From an uncultured Desulfosarcina sp. (GTDB taxonomy: Bacteria; Desulfobacterota; Desulfobacteria; Desulfobacterales; Desulfosarcinaceae): a stretch of DNA of 64,000 bases. The notes under the pieces were generated by a model. The model worked only from the letters and a program-made list of their open reading frames with translations, searched no databases and was not told the origin of the DNA. Shown piece by piece: positions 1 through 9,518 of this stretch. The stretch lies in assembly GCA_963674945.2 (NCBI GenBank), contig CAXXWQ010000003.1, forward strand, positions 512,001 through 576,000. Reading direction: 5' to 3'. Made by a program: the position numbers and the translations under genes. Numbering within the stretch: the first letter of the stretch is position 1; each line of letters begins with the position of its first letter.

Positions 1-681
1 GTCACGAACCAGGTCGAATATCGTCTCATCGATTCCGGCCCAGCCTTCGGGCGCCAAGGACAGTACGGACGGGTAGTAGAGCGCCCACTGAACGCTGTCC
101 TGCGGGTGAACGAGAATTCGGCGCTGTGGTGCGGTACCGGCCGAGGCAACGACCCCCTGCCCTTTCTCCAATAGAACAGAGCCATTGGCATTCTCTGCGA
201 GAATGCGTCCTTGGAAAAGATCGATACGGGTCTTTTCGGAACCGACTTCCACAAAAAATTCGGTTCCCTGGACCACGCCGTTGACGAAAGGGGTGAAAAT
301 TTTCAGGCTTCGGGGACGATGGCTGAAGAAATCAGCGGCCCCTTTGATCAATTTAAGAATATACGTGGAAGGACGTTCGATCTCGGTAAAGACAAGATGG
401 GTGTCTTGATTCAACCGCACCAATGCATCGTTGCAGAGCACGAAACCGGCCCGGCTGTTGTGACCCACCCAGACTTGATCACCGGCGAAAAAAATGTCGT
501 TAAGACGAACCTGCTGGTACTTCGACTCTCCCAATCGTTGCACCACAACACGACCCTGGATGGAAACGATTTTGCTCACCCAAGCCTCATTCCGATCCCC
601 CGCCACCGCCACACCATCGATTTGAACAAAACCGGCACAACAAAACCAGAAGGTGAGAAAAAACAGCATCCTGCGCAGCAC
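1..681 (-). CDS. FecR-domain protein, 5' part only (runs off the window); probably an exported FecR/TPR protein
   Basis: Not in the ORF track. Translated by hand from GTG at 681: signal-like N-terminus, then AWVSKIVSIQGRVVVQR...GDQVWVGHNSRA...VRLNQDT...TPFVNGVVQGTEFFV, a FecR pattern. Lies downstream of the CHASE2 cyclase. Confidence 0.8.
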   Translation of the reverse strand, partial: MLRRMLFFLTFWFCCAGFVQIDGVAVAGDRNEAWVSKIVSIQGRVVVQRLGESKYQQVRLNDIFFAGDQVWVGHNSRAGFVLCNDALVRLNQDTHLVFTEIERPSTYILKLIKGAADFFSHRPRSLKIFTPFVNGVVQGTEFFVEVGSEKTRIDLFQGRILAENANGSVLLEKGQGVVASAGTAPQRRILVHPQDSVQWALYYPSVLSLAPEGWAGIDETIFDLVRD

Positions 682-757
682 TATTTCAACCCCTTTCTAT
701 CCTTTGGCCAATCCGTTCCGATTCAAACCAAGTCAAAGCAAAGTGGATGGATGATGA

Positions 758-3022
758 CTATTTTTTTTCCAGGCATACGACACCATCCCAATCACCGCCA
801 GGTGGATGATGTCTAACATCCCGGCATCGATGGATATAAAACAGCGACGGGCCATCCATTTCATCGATTTGCAGTGCCTGATCAAAACATTGTTCCGCTT
901 CATCCCAGCGACCATGTTGAAATGCATCCAGTCCTGACGAAAAAAGACGGCATAGGGCATCCTGCTCCTCCCATCGGTCCGGATCCGGGAGAATAAGCTC
1001 ATGAACATGCACGGGTTGAGATTTTCCTTTGAAGACGAATCGTCCGACCGGACGGCTTATCAGACCATCGTTTGCGCAAATGGCGTCCTTGGAAACCAGA
1101 ACCTGCGTCCCGAGGTATTTATTCAGACCTTCCAGCCGGGAGGCCGTATTGACGATATCCCCTACGGGTCTGTATTCAAAATGATTCATGGCACCGATGT
1201 TTCCCAGAAGCATTTCACCCGCATGAATTCCGATTCGGGTCGGCATGGCATTTTGCCCAACCTGTTTGTTGAATCGCCTGACGGTTGTCGTAATCTCGAT
1301 GGCGGCACGGCAAGCTGCATTTTTGAGTTCATCCTTCGCCTCGGGGGCCGACCAAAGTGCCATGACCGAATCACCCACCACCTGCAGCACCAGCCCCTTG
1401 TTGTCTTTAATGGGTCCAAAGACGGCCTCGTAGTACCTGTTCATCAGCCGTGTGAGACTTCCAGGATCCAGACGTTCCGAAAGGGCGGTGTAATTCTGCG
1501 CATCCGTAAACAGGCAAACCCCGTAAAACACCTGGCCACCGAGACGAAGCGCCTTCGTGTTGGCCGATAACCGATCCACCAAATCGTTCGGAAGATAGTA
1601 ACCGAACGCCTCGCGGATATTCTCCCGCTCTCGGGAGACCTGCCGGTATTTCAGGACGATGCAAACGATGTAAGAGGCATGCGTTTGAAGTAAAATGGGT
1701 ACCACCAAGGGATACCAGACGCCGCTGACTTTAAACTGATAGTTGGCCACCACAAAATAGAATCCGTTTAAAAGCACAAGGCCGAATGCGGAAACGATGG
1801 AGGAGAAATGAAGGCTGATGAGTACTGTGATCACCCCCCAAATCATCAGAAAAAGCGTGCATGGGACTGGTGGCAAAGGATAAACGGCTTTGTCCTCAAC
1901 GAGATTGGCAAAGGCCGTGGCGGCGATTTCCACACCGCTGACATCCTGTCCCGTTTTCCCGGAAAAGACGGTGTAGAAACCGTCATGGGTCTTTATCCAG
2001 TTGCTGCCGGTCTGTCCCACAAAGTAGGCCTTTCTTCCTGAAATCATCGATTTTTCACCGATGTTATCGGATTCAGGTTCTACCAGCAGTTGGTGATAGG
2101 GAAGGTTTGGAATCGTGCCTGCCGGACCGTAAAAATTAATGTATCGGCTTTTTCCATTTTTATAGAGGTTTAGGAGAGAACGGATCAACTGCCTGTTGAC
2201 ATATGTAATTTCCTCTTCAGGAACACTCGATAGTGTTTCCAATGCTTCTTCGGCCAATGTCGAATTGTTCTCGAAGAGCGTCCGCAGGGGACGAATCATG
2301 GTAACGATGGTCCGTTCGTCGTAAAGTCCGTCTTCGGCCACGGGAATCACACGGCCGATTTCGCCATTCACGGACAGGAGAAGATCGATAAATGCGGGAA
2401 AAGCTTCCTTGGCAAAGATATGAAAGGTCACGACCGGTAAGGTCGGAATGTTCCCGGAACCGGGCCGAAAAAGCCAATATTGATTCAGTTGAATGGGAAT
2501 TTTCGGAAGTGGGAAGGGAGCTTGCCCGACGGCGGCGTCGCCGAGCAGGGGGATGGCCGATATCATCCGCTCGATGTTGAGACTGACCGTTCGACTGCCG
2601 CCTTGATCCTGGATCGGAAGGGTCCGCCTGTCGATACTTTGGGTCAATACGACATTACCGGCATTACGAATGGCCGATGCGAACATCTCATCGTTGACCT
2701 CATCTTGGGGTTCATAGAAAATCATATCGAAGGCGATTACCCCGGCCTGCCTGGTGGACAATTTTTCGACAAGGTTGGCGTGGAGCTGTCTTGGCCATTT
2801 ATTGGGAACGAACGGAAGGCCCAACGCTTTGGCGGATTCACTGTTGATGGCGACAACCGCCACATCGACATTTGCCTTCTCCGGTCCGCGAAGGATATAT
2901 AAAAGTTGGAGGCCGAGGCTCTCCTCTGCGTCCAATATCATGGGTATCATACTGGAAATTACACCCAACAAGCTGATCCCAATGCATATGTAGTATCTCG
3001 CCCTCGGTTGACGACGGGACAT
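758..3022 (-). CDS. CHASE2-domain adenylate/guanylate cyclase (class III)
   Basis: CHASE2 motifs (WPR, IAFDMIF, GVEIAA), TM helices, cyclase motifs LFTD, GDSVMA, RIGIHAG, GDIVNTASRLE and a TPR-like tail. Confidence 0.93.
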   Translation of the reverse strand: MSRRQPRARYYICIGISLLGVISSMIPMILDAEESLGLQLLYILRGPEKANVDVAVVAINSESAKALGLPFVPNKWPRQLHANLVEKLSTRQAGVIAFDMIFYEPQDEVNDEMFASAIRNAGNVVLTQSIDRRTLPIQDQGGSRTVSLNIERMISAIPLLGDAAVGQAPFPLPKIPIQLNQYWLFRPGSGNIPTLPVVTFHIFAKEAFPAFIDLLLSVNGEIGRVIPVAEDGLYDERTIVTMIRPLRTLFENNSTLAEEALETLSSVPEEEITYVNRQLIRSLLNLYKNGKSRYINFYGPAGTIPNLPYHQLLVEPESDNIGEKSMISGRKAYFVGQTGSNWIKTHDGFYTVFSGKTGQDVSGVEIAATAFANLVEDKAVYPLPPVPCTLFLMIWGVITVLISLHFSSIVSAFGLVLLNGFYFVVANYQFKVSGVWYPLVVPILLQTHASYIVCIVLKYRQVSRERENIREAFGYYLPNDLVDRLSANTKALRLGGQVFYGVCLFTDAQNYTALSERLDPGSLTRLMNRYYEAVFGPIKDNKGLVLQVVGDSVMALWSAPEAKDELKNAACRAAIEITTTVRRFNKQVGQNAMPTRIGIHAGEMLLGNIGAMNHFEYRPVGDIVNTASRLEGLNKYLGTQVLVSKDAICANDGLISRPVGRFVFKGKSQPVHVHELILPDPDRWEEQDALCRLFSSGLDAFQHGRWDEAEQCFDQALQIDEMDGPSLFYIHRCRDVRHHPPGGDWDGVVCLEKK

Positions 3023-3491
3023 CGGATCTCCTCAATCTTACGTAAACCACACAAACGCGTTCTTGTCGCGACAACATTTTCGTATAAGGTGCGGAAAATA
3101 CGTAGATTTCATGCTACTAACGAACTGGCGTGATCACCCTTCCTCCGCCGTTGTATCTGGAAAAGGGATTCCGCGTGGAACGCGTTGGACACGCCTTTTT
3201 TCAACCAGTAACGGTCGCGCGTCAGAGCAAATTCATCGATTGTTGATCTAATGGGGCTGAAAGAATCGAATTGGTTGAATTATGCCAAATTATTACAAAA
3301 ACGCCTGGATATGTCAACACAAAGAGGAGACATCCGACGCCTTTCACCTTACAAAGAAGGTTACGGGCATAAAGGCGCCATCGGTATCCTCCCACACGAA
3401 CAGTATCGTGAAACTTTGCGGCAAATATGATAAGCAATTCACAATTGAAGTCGTTTCGATCCGATGTACAAGATCGTAGACGCGGATCTTC

Positions 3492-4421
3492 TTGAAAATT
3501 CAACCTGGTTTACAGGAAAAGCAGGTGAAGACAACCGAATACAACGGCTCATATAATCGACTGGAACGCCTCGACCGTTACCTCGCGGAAAAAGAATCGC
3601 AGGTTTCTCATTTACGGGACGATTGTGAAAAAAAAATTGTCTGGTACAACGGCATACGACGCAGACGGAAATTGGCCATCGTTTACATTCACGGTTTTTC
3701 CGCCAGCCGCAAGGAGACCTGGCCCCTGTGTGACAGACTGGCCCGCCTTGTAAACGCCAATTTGTTTTACACCCGGCTGGCCGGACATGGGCAGGATGGA
3801 GCCGCAATGGGCGAGGCCCGGGTTTCGGATTGGTTGAACGATGGTATGGAGGCGGTGTCCATAGGCCGGATGCTTGGAGAGAAGATTATCCTTGTGGGTA
3901 CGTCCACAGGCGGCACCCTGGTGACCTGGTTATCATCCCAAAAGGAGGTGATTCCTGTGATCGCGGGTTTGATCTTGATTTCTCCCAATTTTTTCCCCTT
4001 AAATCCCATGGCAGCCGCTACATTGTGGCCACCGGGTCTCCGGTTTTTTGAACGATTGATGGGAAGCTGGCGATGTTTGACGGTCTCAAACACCACACAG
4101 GCGAACTACTGGACCGTCCGATATCCGATTCGGTCCATACGCACCATGATGCAACTGGTCCGCCTCTCCTGGCGGGTCAATCTGAGAAGGATTGCGGCCC
4201 CCGTGTTGATGCTGACCAACCCGTTCGACAGGATCGTAAACGTATTGCTGGCGAGGATCCGTTTCTCGGGTTTCGGATCCAAGGCCAAACGGGTAATATG
4301 GTTTACGGCCAACAAGGATCCGGACCGCCATTTACTGGCCGGCAACCTGATGGCTCCGGAGGGAACCGATGAAGCACTGGCAAGGATTCAACGTTTTCTC
4401 TCCGAATTCGTCCTTAATTAG
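3492..4421 (+). CDS. alpha/beta hydrolase (esterase/lysophospholipase-like)
   Basis: YIHGFS oxyanion motif and GTSTGG nucleophile elbow; start uncertain (TTG). Confidence 0.85.
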   Translation: MKIQPGLQEKQVKTTEYNGSYNRLERLDRYLAEKESQVSHLRDDCEKKIVWYNGIRRRRKLAIVYIHGFSASRKETWPLCDRLARLVNANLFYTRLAGHGQDGAAMGEARVSDWLNDGMEAVSIGRMLGEKIILVGTSTGGTLVTWLSSQKEVIPVIAGLILISPNFFPLNPMAAATLWPPGLRFFERLMGSWRCLTVSNTTQANYWTVRYPIRSIRTMMQLVRLSWRVNLRRIAAPVLMLTNPFDRIVNVLLARIRFSGFGSKAKRVIWFTANKDPDRHLLAGNLMAPEGTDEALARIQRFLSEFVLN

Positions 4422-4647
4422 TTTTATTCAAACCGTGTGCTGTGTACCCGGAGCCAACCCGAGCGACACAGCACTGACGTGCTTTCAGATAGCCGGCCGA
4501 TGGAGCGAATATCCAAGCCACACGTTTCGCGGGTAGTCGTTGACTGACAGATAGGGGTTTGCTAAGAATTGGAATCTCCTCTTCTTGTTAAGACATCCAA
4601 CAAAATGGGAGATATCCCCAAAGCAGTATATCATTTGAAAGGAGGCC

Positions 4648-5382
4648 ATGATGAGGTCTTTGTTTCTTCTCGCCCTTTCCCTTTTCGTCATTGCAAGTCC
4701 AAGCGCCGTATTGGCCCAAACCCAATCTTCCCTCGATCGAAATCTTATTTTTGCGGAGGGAACGGCAGAGGTCACGGGCCAGAATGACTCGGCCGGGATT
4801 TCACTTTCGGTGCAAAGTGAAGCCCGAGAGATGGAATCGGCGGCAACCGACAATGCCGCCAGAACAGAAGCCGTTTTGCAGGCAATCAAGTCGCTTCGCA
4901 TTGAAAATCTGAAGGTAAAAACCAGCGATTATCGCGTTACGCCCCAAAAAGATTTTAAGGCAAGACCGCCTGTAACCAAGGGGTATGTCGTTCACAACGA
5001 TATCGAGATCACGACGGAAGGCTTTACTCCTGAAAAGTTGGCCGACCATGTATCGAAGATTATTGACACAGCCCTTATGAAAGGCGCAAACACGGTTCGG
5101 AACATTCAGTTTTATGTCAAGGACAAGCATGAACTGGAAAAACAGGGACTGACACTTGCAACCAAAGATGCCATTGTCCAGGCGCAAATCCTGGCCGGTG
5201 CCGCGGGTGTCAAGCTCAAACGAATCGTTTCCATCAGCACCCGACCGATCGCTGCGCCGGTACGGGCCGAAATGCTCAGGGCTGCCACAATAACCGCAAA
5301 AGACGCCTCCATGGAACCCCCCATCGAGTCCGGGGAAAGCAAAATTCGAGTCCGCGTGAGCGTGGTATACGAAATGGAATAG
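4648..5382 (+). CDS. SIMPL (DUF541) domain periplasmic protein
   Basis: Signal peptide, GGAGG RBS, AQILAGAAGVKLKRIVSI, PIESGE..RVSVVYE. Confidence 0.88.
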   Translation: MMRSLFLLALSLFVIASPSAVLAQTQSSLDRNLIFAEGTAEVTGQNDSAGISLSVQSEAREMESAATDNAARTEAVLQAIKSLRIENLKVKTSDYRVTPQKDFKARPPVTKGYVVHNDIEITTEGFTPEKLADHVSKIIDTALMKGANTVRNIQFYVKDKHELEKQGLTLATKDAIVQAQILAGAAGVKLKRIVSISTRPIAAPVRAEMLRAATITAKDASMEPPIESGESKIRVRVSVVYEME

Positions 5383-5394
5383 AGTGAAAGACGT

Positions 5395-5883
5395 ATGACC
5401 ACATCGATTCAAGAGGGTTATCTTCCGGGAATCATCGGGCGCGTCACTGAATTGCACGCGTACTATTACAGTCGCCATTGGGGATTCGGCCAGTTTTTTG
5501 AGGCCAAGGTGGCATGCGAATTATCCGCCTTCTTGAACCGGTTTGATGAGAGGCGTGACGGTATATGGTGTGTTACACATGCCGGACGCATCGAAGGAAG
5601 CATCGCTATCGATGGTATTCATGCGGGTAATGAGGGCGCTCACTTGCGGTGGTTTATTGTCTCGGAGAATTTCATGGGAAAAAACCTGGGAAATCGGCTG
5701 ATCCAAAAGGCCGTGGATTTCTGCCGATCCGCAGAGCACCGCAATGTTTTTCTTTGGACCTTCGAAGGACTGAACACCGCTCGCCATCTTTATGAAAAGC
5801 ATGGATTTTGCCTGGACGTTCAGAAAAAAGGAGATCAATGGGGCAAGCAGGTCATCGAACAGAAGTTCGTTCTCAGGATCTGA
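5395..5883 (+). CDS. GNAT family N-acetyltransferase
   Basis: AHLRWFIV..GKNLGNRL, LWTFEGL.ARHLYEKHGF. Confidence 0.88.
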   Translation: MTTSIQEGYLPGIIGRVTELHAYYYSRHWGFGQFFEAKVACELSAFLNRFDERRDGIWCVTHAGRIEGSIAIDGIHAGNEGAHLRWFIVSENFMGKNLGNRLIQKAVDFCRSAEHRNVFLWTFEGLNTARHLYEKHGFCLDVQKKGDQWGKQVIEQKFVLRI

Positions 5884-6001
5884 TTTACTCTATTGTATCA
5901 ATCGAAGCGTAATAGATCTGGCGGATTTTCGACATACTTCCAACTGACCAAGCAGATAGATTCATGCAGCTTTGGAAGGAATTGAATCTTACGAAGACGA
6001 A

Positions 6002-6424
6002 TTACTCATCCGATACCCTGACCTTTCGCCGCAATTCCTTCAGCCGTCCCCGCCGGTTCTTGATGTCCATCCGTCGACGGCGGGCGCTACGGGAAACGCG
6101 GGTGGGCTTCCGTTTTTTCACCGGCACCATGGCATCCCGGATCAGCCGTACCAGTCGCAAGTGCGCCACATCGCGGTTTTGCGCGAAGGTGCGATGTTCC
6201 TGAGCCTTGATCACGATGATCCCATCCCGGTTGATACGCCGGTCACGGCTGGATAGGAGACGGTCCTGTACTTCCCTCGGCAGGCTGGAAGAACGGATAT
6301 CGAATCGAAGATGAACCGCCGACGCTACCTTGTTCACGTTCTGGCCACCCGCACCACTGGCACGGATGGCGGTCATTTCCACCTCATTGTCCTGAATGAA
6401 AAGATGGGGTGTTATCTCGAGCAT
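6002..6424 (-). CDS. arfB: alternative ribosome rescue aminoacyl-tRNA hydrolase ArfB
   Basis: RASGAGGQNVNKV GGQ motif and a basic C-terminal tail. Confidence 0.93.
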   Translation of the reverse strand: MLEITPHLFIQDNEVEMTAIRASGAGGQNVNKVASAVHLRFDIRSSSLPREVQDRLLSSRDRRINRDGIIVIKAQEHRTFAQNRDVAHLRLVRLIRDAMVPVKKRKPTRVSRSARRRRMDIKNRRGRLKELRRKVRVSDE

Positions 6425-6699
6425 GGGGTACTATCTCTACCTTAAACTGGGCGTTTCAAATTTTTTTGAAAAATGTGAAACCCATTGGGATTGCCGATCT
6501 CGCCGCATCTACGGTGTCAGATGTCTTCCATTATAGTAGGCAAGAGATAGAAAATTCAACGATTTCTCAACATGATTGTATATTTGGTAATCCCAAAAGG
6601 GCATACAGTGAGAATATGTTGCGTCGTACAGAACCAAAATGGACAGCAAATTCGGTGCTTACCGGATGGCGCAGGGGCGTAAAAACTGAAGGGAAGAAG

Positions 6700-6737
6700 G
6701 GCGCAATACAAGGGCACCCAATCCTATGTATTGCGCC
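6700..6737. terminator. hairpin downstream of metF, possible terminator
   Basis: 11-bp inverted repeat GGCGCAATACA / TGTATTGCGCC, about 45 nt after the metF stop. Confidence 0.45.
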
Positions 6738-6780
6738 GACTCCATTGAAAAAAGCGTGGGGGTTGCCCCTGGCAAGGATG

Positions 6781-7659
6781 CTACAATCGTCCCTCCTGTC
6801 GAAGCCGGGATACAATCTCCTTCGTGGATCTGCTGCGATCCATCGTGTAAAAGTGCAAACCGGGAACACCCTGTTCCAGCAGCCCCCGGCACTGCTCGGT
6901 GGCGAATTCCACCCCGAATGCCAGAACCGAATCCTTGTCCGCATCCGCCAACCGGTCCAGTTCCTTTTGCAATCCCTCGGTAATCGTCGTTCCGCAGACT
7001 TTGGACAGGGTTTTGGTTAATCCGATGGTATAGACGGGCATAATCCCGGGAACAATCGGAATGGTCACACCCGCTGAGCGGCATTTCTTCACGTATTCGA
7101 AGAAGACGTCGTTATTATAGCAATACTGGGCCACCACGTAGGATGCTCCATTATCCTGTTTGAGTTTGAGGTATTGGATATCCTTTTCAAGGCTTTCCGC
7201 CTGAATGTGGCCCTCGGGATAGCCGGCACAACCGAGACAGAATGGATACCGATCCTTGATATAGGAGATCATGCTGGAAGCGTGCTGAAAACTATCCTTA
7301 CTCGCGACGAAATCCTCATTTTGGGGTTCGTCGCCGCGAATGACAAAAATGGTTTCAACACCCAGTTTCTCATACCGGTCCATCTCCCTGGAAATATCTT
7401 CGGGACCGAGTCCGAAACCGGCGATATAGGCAACCGTGGAAATCTTTTTGTCGGCGATCAATTTCGTCACCGTTTGATAGGAGCCCTCCCTTGTCGATCC
7501 ACCGGCACCGAATGTTACCGATACATAATCCGGGTCTGTTTCTACGAGTGTGTCGATTACCTTATCGAACTGTGCCGCAGCCGTTTCATTTCTTGGAGGA
7601 AAAAATTCGTACGAGATGACTGGCTTGCCGTTGGCAGCATACCGTTTCCCCACATCCAT
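6781..7659 (-). CDS. metF: 5,10-methylenetetrahydrofolate reductase
   Basis: SYEFFPP, SVTFGAGGSTR, RGD, AGYPEGH, GLHFYTM. Confidence 0.93.
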   Translation of the reverse strand: MDVGKRYAANGKPVISYEFFPPRNETAAAQFDKVIDTLVETDPDYVSVTFGAGGSTREGSYQTVTKLIADKKISTVAYIAGFGLGPEDISREMDRYEKLGVETIFVIRGDEPQNEDFVASKDSFQHASSMISYIKDRYPFCLGCAGYPEGHIQAESLEKDIQYLKLKQDNGASYVVAQYCYNNDVFFEYVKKCRSAGVTIPIVPGIMPVYTIGLTKTLSKVCGTTITEGLQKELDRLADADKDSVLAFGVEFATEQCRGLLEQGVPGLHFYTMDRSRSTKEIVSRLRQEGRL

Positions 7660-8039
7660 GGTTTCCTGTCCTTTCTTTTTATTGGGCTTTGTTTCATAAA
7701 AAGTACTAATTTAAAGCACAGATTGCGCCACTATCGCCCATGTCTCATAAAAAAAGGAAAATGGCCCAAAGGCCCCACGGATCTTACGCGTGCGACGGTT
7801 GCGCGCATCCATCCCTGGATTCGGTGGGTGCAATGCTGCAACCTTCATGGAACTGGAAAAGGCGCAAAGGCGCTACTGATTGCCCATTGAAAGAAAATAG
7901 CGCCGAAATTGTCTTTTACCTTTACATACGCGTCGACCTTGATAGTTAAATTCATTGTCGTGTCCTTTCTTGTTTGTCATCAAATTGTATTGTTTTGATA
8001 TTCAATGGTTCGGGAATTTTCTTGGGGGGGGGGATAATC

Positions 8040-8939
8040 ATGATTCGATTGGGTTTGTGTTGTATTTTCGTCCATGCGCCCATATCATTCCGGCGTACCA
8101 CGGCAACCTACGTTGCCAAAATGAAACGAGAAGACCAACTTCGCCGCATTGCGGATCTGTGTCTGCACAATGCCAATGCATTGTTCGATGCGCTTTCCTA
8201 TTGCCGTGACAACCGTATCGGCGCCTTTCGCATCAACAGCCAGATCCTGCCGTTGATCACCCATCCCCGACAAGGCTACAGGATCCAGGAACTGCCCGAT
8301 CACAACAAAATCATCGATGCCTATTGTCAATGCGGCGAATTTACCCGGCGTCACGATATTCGCACCAGCTTCCATCCGGACCAATTCGTCGTAATCGCCT
8401 CACCCCGTGAGAATGTTCGTCGAAATTCATTGAAGGAACTGATCTACCAGGCCATGGTCGCCGATTGGGTGGGCGCCGATGTGATCAACATCCACGCCGG
8501 CGGGACCTATGGCGACAAGCAGGCGAGCCTGAAACGCCTGGAATCCATCATCCGGACACTGCCCGATTCGATCGTATCTCGACTCACCCTGGAAAACGAC
8601 GATCGGAGTTTTACGCCGGCCGATCTTCTGCCGGTATGCAGACAAACGGGCATCCCCCTTGCTTACGATGTGCACCACCATCGCTGCCTGCCGGACGGCC
8701 TTACCGAAGACGCGGCCACCCGGACGGCCCTGGACACCTGGAACCGGGAACCCTTGTTTCATATCTCCTCCCCCCTCGAACCGCAGGGCAAAGAGACGGG
8801 TCGACGTCATGCCGATTATGTGGATATCGCGGATTTTCCTGAATCGTGGAAGGGGCTGGATATCACCGTAGATGTGGAGGCCAAGGCCAAGGAATTGGCG
8901 GTGCAAAAACTGATGGACGATTTAGCAGCGCTGCGATGA
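8040..8939 (+). CDS. uvsE: UV DNA damage repair endonuclease
   Basis: MIRLGLCC, FRINS, SFHPDQF, LTLENDD, YDVHHH, VEAKAKE; start reassigned to ATG 8040. Confidence 0.92.
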   Translation: MIRLGLCCIFVHAPISFRRTTATYVAKMKREDQLRRIADLCLHNANALFDALSYCRDNRIGAFRINSQILPLITHPRQGYRIQELPDHNKIIDAYCQCGEFTRRHDIRTSFHPDQFVVIASPRENVRRNSLKELIYQAMVADWVGADVINIHAGGTYGDKQASLKRLESIIRTLPDSIVSRLTLENDDRSFTPADLLPVCRQTGIPLAYDVHHHRCLPDGLTEDAATRTALDTWNREPLFHISSPLEPQGKETGRRHADYVDIADFPESWKGLDITVDVEAKAKELAVQKLMDDLAALR

Positions 8940-9056
8940 CAAAGTGCCTGCATCCGTTGATTCCGAAAGCGTTTCAATGGTAAAAGGTAAGGGAATGGAC
9001 GAAATGTTTTCCGCCTGTTGCGCAACACACATCAATGTAAGGAAAGGCCCGGCCCC

Positions 9057-9518
9057 ATGCGTCAAGAAGAATCGACCCGAAGTGCCATTCAATCCCTGTT
9101 GCGCCAGCAGCAGCTCGGGGTACTCTCCACCGTGGGCAATGACATGCCCTATGCCAACCTGGTTGCCTTCGTGGCATCCGAAGACCAACGCCACCTCTAT
9201 TTCGTTACCCCCCGGGCCACACGGAAATATGCCAACCTGTCGGCCAACGCCAACGTGGCCCTGCTGATCAACAACAGCAACAACCATCCGGATGATTTTC
9301 ACGATGCCGCGGCCGTTACGGCCGTCGGCACGGCATCCACCGTATCGGGATCCGCGCTTGTGACGGTTCAAAAACGGTATTTGGCCAAACACCCCTACCT
9401 GGAAGCGTTTGTTCGCTCCCCCGACTGTGAGATGGTTGACATCCACGTGATCCAATACATTCTGGTGGAGCGTTTCCAGAACGTCAGCGAATATCGGATC
9501 GACCATGAAAGCGAATGA
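9057..9518 (+). CDS. pyridoxamine 5'-phosphate oxidase-like FMN-binding protein
   Basis: GVLST...PYANLVAF...FVTPRATRKYANL; start reassigned to ATG 9057. Confidence 0.85.
   Translation: MRQEESTRSAIQSLLRQQQLGVLSTVGNDMPYANLVAFVASEDQRHLYFVTPRATRKYANLSANANVALLINNSNNHPDDFHDAAAVTAVGTASTVSGSALVTVQKRYLAKHPYLEAFVRSPDCEMVDIHVIQYILVERFQNVSEYRIDHESE

Noticed and set aside
211..816. Plus-strand 201-aa ORF
   Set aside because: Antisense shadow of the FecR-domain gene.
7979..8000. ATCAA...TTGAT dyad as a SahR site for metF
   Set aside because: The spacing looks longer than expected and the site is closer to uvsE; it cannot be assigned.
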